This document shows positions 27,046-32,144 of a DNA stretch of 32,144 nt, one piece after another. Every line of letters begins with the position of its first letter. The first letter of the stretch is position 1. The notes under the pieces are model-generated. The model was not told the origin of the DNA and made no database searches. It worked only from the letters and a program-made list of their open reading frames with translations. Position numbers and translations under genes: made by a program. The stretch is from a virus (Duplodnaviria; Caudoviricetes): IMG/VR virus record IMGVR_UViG_3300032320_000460, positions 1-32,144 of that record. One strand, written 5' to 3'.

Positions 27046-27789
27046 ATGTATAGACCACGCTTAAATGAAAGTGAATACGACTTGATAAAATCATTTCGTA
27101 GTTCAAATGTGGTGGGTATAATTGGAGATAGACACGCACCATTTACACACCCAGATTACTTTAAATTTGTATATGAGGTTTTCAATAAATTTCAAGTTAA
27201 TCTTGTAGTTGATATTGGCGATGATACAGATTTTCACGCTATAAGTTATCACGAAACAGACCCAGATGGTCATTCTGCTGGTAATGAATTAGAACTTGCA
27301 AGAAAGGAACACGAACAATGGTGGAAAGCGTTTCCAAATGTTCAAGGTTGTATTGGCAATCACTCAAGTTTACCACATCGTAAACTACAAACTGCTGGTT
27401 TACCGAAAGCAATGTTTAAAACGTATAATGAAATGCTTGGTTATCCAGATGGTTGGAAGTGGGAATATTCACACGACATAGATAATGTGCTTTACATTCA
27501 CGGAACTGGAAGTAGTGGCGCACAAGGTGCTATCAATCGTGCAAGAGATAATAGACAATCAACTTGCATTGGTCATATTCATTCGTTTGGTGGAGTTAAT
27601 TATTCTGCAAGTGATAGAGATATGATATTCGGTCTTAACGTAGGTTGTGGGATTGATGTTCGTGCTTATGCAATGGCTTATGGTAAAGTTTATGCGAAGA
27701 AACCCACACTTGGTTGTGGAATTGTTATTGATGGTAAAGTTGCATTATTTATACCAATGGATTTAGGTGCAAAAATTGAATATTTATAA
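27046..27789 (+). CDS. Calcineurin-like metallophosphoesterase
   Basis: GDRH, GDDTD, GNH, IHG, GHIH motifs. Confidence 0.9.
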   Translation: MYRPRLNESEYDLIKSFRSSNVVGIIGDRHAPFTHPDYFKFVYEVFNKFQVNLVVDIGDDTDFHAISYHETDPDGHSAGNELELARKEHEQWWKAFPNVQGCIGNHSSLPHRKLQTAGLPKAMFKTYNEMLGYPDGWKWEYSHDIDNVLYIHGTGSSGAQGAINRARDNRQSTCIGHIHSFGGVNYSASDRDMIFGLNVGCGIDVRAYAMAYGKVYAKKPTLGCGIVIDGKVALFIPMDLGAKIEYL

Positions 27790-27790
27790 G

Positions 27791-27928
27791 ATGAAAGTAT
27801 TGGAAGCATTAGCAGAAGAAATATCAAGGCAAAAAAAGATTGATGCATTGATGAAGTTAAAACAAGTAAAAGAACACGAGTTAAAAGAAATTAGAAAGGC
27901 ATTAAGGTTAGTAATTCAAAAACGATGA
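27791..27928 (+). CDS. Small helical basic protein, 45 aa
   Basis: Read manually; fills the gap, ATGA overlap with the next gene. Confidence 0.6.
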   Translation: MKVLEALAEEISRQKKIDALMKLKQVKEHELKEIRKALRLVIQKR

Positions 27929-28410
27929 GTATAGAAGATAGCTTTAAATATTCTTACGATTATATACAAGATGCTTCATATCAAAAGCATTTAGAAGAAA
28001 AATATCCAAAAATGAGTGTAAGCAATGATACTATGACTTGGTGGCAAAAAGCTATGGCATCAAGTACATTAGAAAGTCCAAGCGATACTAATCGTGTTTT
28101 CGATACTGGTAGTCAAAGAGATGATGACACCAATAAACCATTGGTAAATCATTTGACTGCATATCTTCGTTTACGATTTGGCTACTTATTAAGAATGGGT
28201 GCTAATAAGTATGGTAAGAACAACTGGCAAAAAGGACAACCAACCGAAGCAGCACTTGAAAGTATGCACCGACATCTTGCTAAATACGAATTAGGAGATA
28301 GAACTGAAGACCATTTATCTGCAATCATATTCAACGTGCAGTTAATTATGAAAAATGAAGAACAAGAAGGAATTAAAATAGATGAATATTATGAAAATAA
28401 AAGTAATTAG
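27925..28410 (+). CDS. dATP/dGTP diphosphohydrolase-domain protein (DUF5664-like)
   Basis: FDTGSQRD...KP...GANKYGKNNWQKG...SMHRHL...EDHLSAIIFN. Confidence 0.8.
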   Translation: MSIEDSFKYSYDYIQDASYQKHLEEKYPKMSVSNDTMTWWQKAMASSTLESPSDTNRVFDTGSQRDDDTNKPLVNHLTAYLRLRFGYLLRMGANKYGKNNWQKGQPTEAALESMHRHLAKYELGDRTEDHLSAIIFNVQLIMKNEEQEGIKIDEYYENKSN

Positions 28411-28849
28411 AGAAGTATTAACACCAACCGAAACTCTTGGTAGTTTATTTATTAACGACAAGTTTTTTTGCTACACACTTGAAGATGTAGATAGACATCT
28501 TAACAATGACCAAAGCGAAGAATATATTAAGGCGCATAAGGTCAAACATCAAACTGCAATTCCAAGTGGAAACTATCGTGTTATTTTATCAATGAGTAAC
28601 AGATTTAAACGCATTATGCCAGAGGTTTTAAATGTAAAAGGATTTGAAGGCATTAGATTACACGGAGGTAATACCCACAAAGATAGTAGTGGTTGTATTG
28701 TTGTTGCTAAACAACGTAATATAAATAAGGCATCTTCTTGGGTTGGAATTAAGAATTGGGTATTTGGAACTCAAGAGAAGCAACTTATTGCAGAAATGCA
28801 AAAGGCATTAAGCAAAAGTGAAAAAATTGAATTGTCAATAGTTTACTAA
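28391..28849 (+). CDS. Endolysin candidate, DUF5675 / L,D-peptidase-like
   Basis: TLGSLFIN..FFCYTLED...TAIPSGNY...GIRLHGGN...DSSGCIVV; next to holin and spanin. Confidence 0.8.
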   Translation: MKIKVIREVLTPTETLGSLFINDKFFCYTLEDVDRHLNNDQSEEYIKAHKVKHQTAIPSGNYRVILSMSNRFKRIMPEVLNVKGFEGIRLHGGNTHKDSSGCIVVAKQRNINKASSWVGIKNWVFGTQEKQLIAEMQKALSKSEKIELSIVY

Positions 28850-28868
28850 ACTTATATTTATAAGTATG
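28833..28868 (+). promoter_or_regulatory. Late promoter motif TGTC-N16-TATATTTA-taagt-ATG
   Basis: Same spacing; ATG of the holin. Confidence 0.7.
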
Positions 28869-29045
28869 GAAGCACTTAAAAAAGCACTTGGTTTGCTAAA
28901 AGAAAACTGGAGAACTACACTTGTTGGTGTGTTCTTTTTAGTATTTGGTGTTGCATACTTCTTTAAGTTGATAGATGCACAAGGTTTAACAATGGTTTGG
29001 GGAGCTTTAGGTGGCGTAGGATTTACTATTTCTAAAGATGCGTAG
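28866..29045 (+). CDS. Holin candidate, 59 aa, two TM segments (MEALKKALGLLKENWRTTLVGVFFLVFG...SKDA)
   Basis: Read manually; lies between lysin and spanin; NWRTTLVG...KD pattern. Confidence 0.7.
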   Translation: MEALKKALGLLKENWRTTLVGVFFLVFGVAYFFKLIDAQGLTMVWGALGGVGFTISKDA

Positions 29046-29445
29046 ATTTATATACATTTTTATTTTGAGTGCCTTATATGGCTTTATTTTAAGTGGGTGT
29101 GCTACTCGTAAAGTAAAGGAACGTGAATACGTTACCATTCGTGATACCATTATCACACCACCAGTAGTTAAGTTAGACACTATTACGCAATTCAATGATA
29201 GAGTTATCTATTTAAAAGATAGCACAAAGCAAATGTTTGTAACCATTGAAAGGTTAAAGAACAATTATATACGAGTAAAAGCAGAATGCGAACCAAAAAA
29301 GATTATTGTTCCTATCACAAAGACAATAGTTAAGAGCAAACAAGTAATTGTTGAAAGTTTCTTTTGGAAGCGTGTATCATTACTATTACTTTTGGTCATT
29401 GGTGTTTTTGTGATTTACACCAAACTCTTGCAAAAGAGGATTTAA
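29038..29445 (+). CDS. Unimolecular spanin-like lipoprotein
   Basis: Signal peptide + lipobox LSGC, beta-rich middle, C-terminal TM helix and basic tail. Confidence 0.7.
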   Translation: MRRFIYIFILSALYGFILSGCATRKVKEREYVTIRDTIITPPVVKLDTITQFNDRVIYLKDSTKQMFVTIERLKNNYIRVKAECEPKKIIVPITKTIVKSKQVIVESFFWKRVSLLLLLVIGVFVIYTKLLQKRI

Positions 29446-29472
29446 TTAGTTTAGTTTTTTGTTTAGGTTTGG

Positions 29473-29504
29473 AAAGGTAGTCGTTAATTCGGCTACCTTT
29501 TTTT
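29473..29504 (+). terminator. Intrinsic terminator ending the lysis operon
   Basis: AAAGGTAGTCG-TTAATT-CGGCTACCTTT + T-run. Confidence 0.85.
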
Positions 29505-29601
29505 GTTTCTAACTAAACTTTTTTTAATTGATTATCAATGAGTTACGATAATCTTAAAAAAATAATTCATTTTTTTGATACAAGGTATTATGTCTTCTCT
29601 T

Positions 29602-29609
29602 TATCTTTG
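29602..29609 (+). promoter_or_regulatory. Early promoter -7 box (TATCTTTG)
   Basis: Canonical TAnnTTTG in the intergenic gap before the early gene cluster. Confidence 0.6.
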
Positions 29610-29646
29610 GTCATCAACAAAAACAAAAAACTTAAAAATCAAAATT

Positions 29647-29877
29647 ATGACACAAGTACAAGAAATTAAAGCATTCGGAGTTTATTATGTTCCAAATCAT
29701 CAAGGCAAAATGTTCGCTGGATTAAAATCAAAGTTATTAGCTGCATTTGAAAATCAAGTAGAAGCTATCAAATTTTGCGATAGTGCCAATATGGGCGAAA
29801 CTTTAGATGAATTGCATATAGGTTATAGAGTATATCCTATGCAATGGATACCAAAAGGTACAATAGTAAACAGATAA
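29647..29877 (+). CDS. Hypothetical early protein, 76 aa (MTQVQEIK...)
   Basis: ATG with A-rich leader preferred over the track start at 29575. Confidence 0.7.
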   Translation: MTQVQEIKAFGVYYVPNHQGKMFAGLKSKLLAAFENQVEAIKFCDSANMGETLDELHIGYRVYPMQWIPKGTIVNR

Positions 29878-29908
29878 TCAAATCGGGTGGTGTCAAAGCC
29901 ACCCTTTA
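29874..29908 (+). repeat. Conserved hairpin element, copy 3
   Basis: 35 bp identical to 30413-30447. Confidence 0.9.
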
Positions 29909-29930
29909 CTTAAAATCAAATCACAAAAAG

Positions 29931-30416
29931 ATGGCACAATTTAATTTTGAAGTATTAAAGGAAACTGAAAAAGCAATTTTTGCAAAAGTACCTTATTTTG
30001 AAGCTACACACGAAGGAGAAAAAAAGCACAAGCAATTATACTATGAGTGCTGGATACCTAAATTTGTAATTGAAAAAGGTATTGCAAAAGATTTTGTTAT
30101 TGGAAAAAGAAATGAGGTTAGATTATCTAATCCATATCAAAGAAGATGTGAAATGCCTAATAGCTGGAAAACATTGGGAGAATATGCACCAGTTAAAATA
30201 GAAGAAAAAGTAGAGCAAGTGGATTGCGATAAAGTAAAACAAATGATTATTTTTTATGAACAAAAATATGGTTCTTGTTTAAGCACATTGGTAAATTCTG
30301 AAGAAGGAAAAAATGGATATGTTAGCGATGAAGACCAAAAAATAATTAATAGTTTAATGTTTCCTAAACAAGGAAAAAATGGCATTCCAACTAAAATCAT
30401 TACAATTTATAAATAA
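29931..30416 (+). CDS. Hypothetical early protein, 161 aa (ETEKA...WIPK motif)
   Basis: ATG at 29931 after the hairpin is preferred over 29844. Confidence 0.7.
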   Translation: MAQFNFEVLKETEKAIFAKVPYFEATHEGEKKHKQLYYECWIPKFVIEKGIAKDFVIGKRNEVRLSNPYQRRCEMPNSWKTLGEYAPVKIEEKVEQVDCDKVKQMIIFYEQKYGSCLSTLVNSEEGKNGYVSDEDQKIINSLMFPKQGKNGIPTKIITIYK

Positions 30417-30447
30417 TCAAATCGGGTGGTGTCAAAGCCACCCTTTA
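30413..30447 (+). repeat. Conserved hairpin element, copy 4
   Basis: 35 bp identical to 29874-29908. Confidence 0.9.
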
Positions 30448-30457
30448 TTTTAAACCC

Positions 30458-30619
30458 ATGAAAGTAATAAAAGACAATTCACTTACACCGATAGAATTAG
30501 CCAGGTTAAAATATCGGAAACTTTACGAGCAACAACAAATTGCTAAAGCAGAACGCAAAGAGCATTTGCAGTTATCAACAAAAAATCTTATCTTTAATTT
30601 CTTAAACTTAATTAACTAA
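30458..30619 (+). CDS. Small hypothetical protein, 53 aa
   Basis: Read manually; TAATG-coupled to the next gene. Confidence 0.6.
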   Translation: MKVIKDNSLTPIELARLKYRKLYEQQQIAKAERKEHLQLSTKNLIFNFLNLIN

Positions 30620-30792
30620 TGACACAAAAAGTATTAATTCTTGCAAATCCACAAGGTGTAGATGCAATCACAATCGGCAAAGAAGGAACGATTTTAAAGA
30701 AATTCTTCGACAAAGCACTTATCCAATTTACTAATGAGTTTGGAGAATTAGAAGATTGGTATTTTACAAACGCTGAATTTCAACCCTTATAA
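30619..30792 (+). CDS. Small beta-rich hypothetical protein, 57 aa
   Basis: Read manually; TAATG-coupled on both sides. Confidence 0.65.
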   Translation: MTQKVLILANPQGVDAITIGKEGTILKKFFDKALIQFTNEFGELEDWYFTNAEFQPL

Positions 30793-31349
30793 TGAAAAAC
30801 CTAATCGAAAAACTGGTCTTAATTCAAAGTGAATTAAAAGCACCTAAAGGACAAACAAACAAATTTGGTAACTACAAGTATCGTTCTTGCGAAGATATTT
30901 TAGAAGCACTTAAACCACACTTAAAAGAGCAAGGTCTATTCTTATCCATTACCGATGAACTGGTAGCACAAGGAACAAGATATTACATCAAAGCAAGTGC
31001 AATCATTACAGATGGTGTAGATAGATGGTCGGTAGATGGTTGGGCAAGAGAAGAAGAAGTTAAGAAGGGAATGGATAGTTCACAAATTACTGGTGCTTCT
31101 TCATCTTATGCACGAAAGTACGCATTGAATGGATTGTTCGGTATTGATGACACCAAAGATAGCGATGCTACAAACGATGGTATCATTCCACAAATGCCAA
31201 TGGTTAATCTACAAACTGCAATATATGATATTGGTTTGGCTAAAAGTTTAGATGGATTGAAAACAATTTGGGCAAAATATCCACAATTCCAGAAGCAACA
31301 AGAGTTTATTCATGCAAAGGATAAAAAGAAAGGAGAACTAAATGGATAA
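30792..31349 (+). CDS. erf: ERF-family single-strand annealing protein
   Basis: IQSELKAPK.Q.NKFGNYKYRSCEDILEA...MDSSQITGASSSYARKYALNGLFGIDD. Confidence 0.9.
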   Translation: MKNLIEKLVLIQSELKAPKGQTNKFGNYKYRSCEDILEALKPHLKEQGLFLSITDELVAQGTRYYIKASAIITDGVDRWSVDGWAREEEVKKGMDSSQITGASSSYARKYALNGLFGIDDTKDSDATNDGIIPQMPMVNLQTAIYDIGLAKSLDGLKTIWAKYPQFQKQQEFIHAKDKKKGELNG

Positions 31350-31818
31350 GCAAATATTAACATTCGAGGGGTTGCAAGTGCAATCCCTTGATAAAGCCAC
31401 CATAAGCAATCAATGCCAACTTGTTAAAGATAATATACTCAATGGTGGATTAGGTGCATTAGAAGTCCTTATATCAGCCAAGAAGATGCAAGAACTTGGT
31501 AAGCAATTAGAAGAAGTTAGCAGACCTATTGCAGAGGATAGATTAGTTCTTGGGCGTGGCGAAGTTTATAAAACTCAATCGGTTGAAATAATTGAAAAAA
31601 CAATAGGTTCAAGGACTGATTTTTCAACTTGTGGCGACCCAGAGTGGGATAGCTTACAACAAACATTGATGGATATTAAAGATGCTATTAAAAAACGTGA
31701 AGCATTTTTAAGTGCAATTACATCTACAACAACAATAATCACAAACGATGCTGAAATCATTACAATAAATCCACCAATCAAGTCAGGTCGGCTTGGTTTA
31801 TCTTTAACAATTAAATAA
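31342..31818 (+). CDS. Hypothetical protein
   Basis: 158-aa ORF overlapping ERF. Confidence 0.7.
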   Translation: MDKQILTFEGLQVQSLDKATISNQCQLVKDNILNGGLGALEVLISAKKMQELGKQLEEVSRPIAEDRLVLGRGEVYKTQSVEIIEKTIGSRTDFSTCGDPEWDSLQQTLMDIKDAIKKREAFLSAITSTTTIITNDAEIITINPPIKSGRLGLSLTIK

Positions 31819-31846
31819 CTATATTTACAAACTAAATTTTTAAAAA

Positions 31847-32065
31847 ATGCCAGAAGAAAAAAAAGAAAGTTGGGGTGCTTGGAAAAAGCAAACTCCAAAA
31901 GGCGAAGTGATTAATTTCACTTTAGAAAACAAAAGATACTCTATGTGGGTAAACTCCTACAAGAGTGAAGAAAAACAACCCGATTTCAAGATTTACTTGA
32001 ATGATTATGTAGCACCAACAACAAACAATGATTTAAAACCGAAGGCATCGGATTTGCCATTTTAA
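31847..32065 (+). CDS. Small SSB-like protein (DUF736-like)
   Basis: GAWKK...K.EEKQPDFKI; C-terminal DLPF tail; next to ERF. Confidence 0.65.
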   Translation: MPEEKKESWGAWKKQTPKGEVINFTLENKRYSMWVNSYKSEEKQPDFKIYLNDYVAPTTNNDLKPKASDLPF

Positions 32066-32144
32066 TTATGAATTACGAAGAAGCAGTACAAGTGTTAGTT
32101 AATGCAATAGCAGTAGCACAAAACAAAGGCGCATTTACTTTAGG
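32022..32144 (+). repeat. Terminal direct repeat (right copy)
   Basis: Identical to 1-123. Confidence 0.95.

Larger units (their letters stand above)
1..32144. mobile_element. Complete tailed bacteriophage genome (siphovirus-like, probable Bacteroidota host)
   Basis: Terminase, portal, capsid, tail tube, tape measure, lysis and replication genes are all present; the ends overlap by 123 bp; no host genes seen. Confidence 0.95.

Noticed and set aside
29874-30447. 35-bp repeats as a CRISPR mini-array or integron attC sites
   Set aside because: The spacer is a whole gene, there is no cas or integrase, and attC core sites are absent; kept as a hairpin element instead
32022-32144. 123-bp terminal repeat as a biological DTR
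   Set aside because: It cuts through coding genes and is of k-mer-like length; most likely a circular assembly overlap

Overview
A complete, circularly assembled ~32.0 kb (32,021 bp unique; 123-bp terminal overlap) AT-rich tailed (siphovirus-like) phage genome. The host is probably Bacteroidota, judging from A-rich, Shine-Dalgarno-poor start regions, TAnnTTTG -7 boxes, a DUF4373-type initiator and a DUF5675-type lysin. Nearly all genes are on the + strand. Order: replication (DnaA-domain-IV-like protein, initiator with internal iteron origin, SF4 helicase, VRR-NUC nuclease), a phage sigma factor, packaging (ParB-like, HNH, TerS, TerL), tail chaperone with a -1 frameshift, tail, tape measure, head (protease, scaffold, capsid), tail tube, a 3-gene minus-strand island, two paralogous fibre cassettes, portal, adaptors, nucleotide hydrolases, lysis (endolysin, holin, u-spanin-like) and early/recombination genes (ERF, SSB-like). 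I recognised no integrase, repressor, polymerase, methyltransferase, tRNA or CRISPR array. The most unusual signals are non-coding. (1) A second, intergenic copy of the origin iteron array lies ~17.8 kb away with its 30-bp core inverted. (2) A strict TGYY-N16-TATATTTA-N4-T-ATG motif implies leaderless late transcripts. (3) An 8-codon minigene relic is coupled to fibre 1. (4) A conserved hairpin element punctuates early-type genes. (5) A Trp motif is shared by two structural proteins. All family assignments come from motif recognition, not from database searches.
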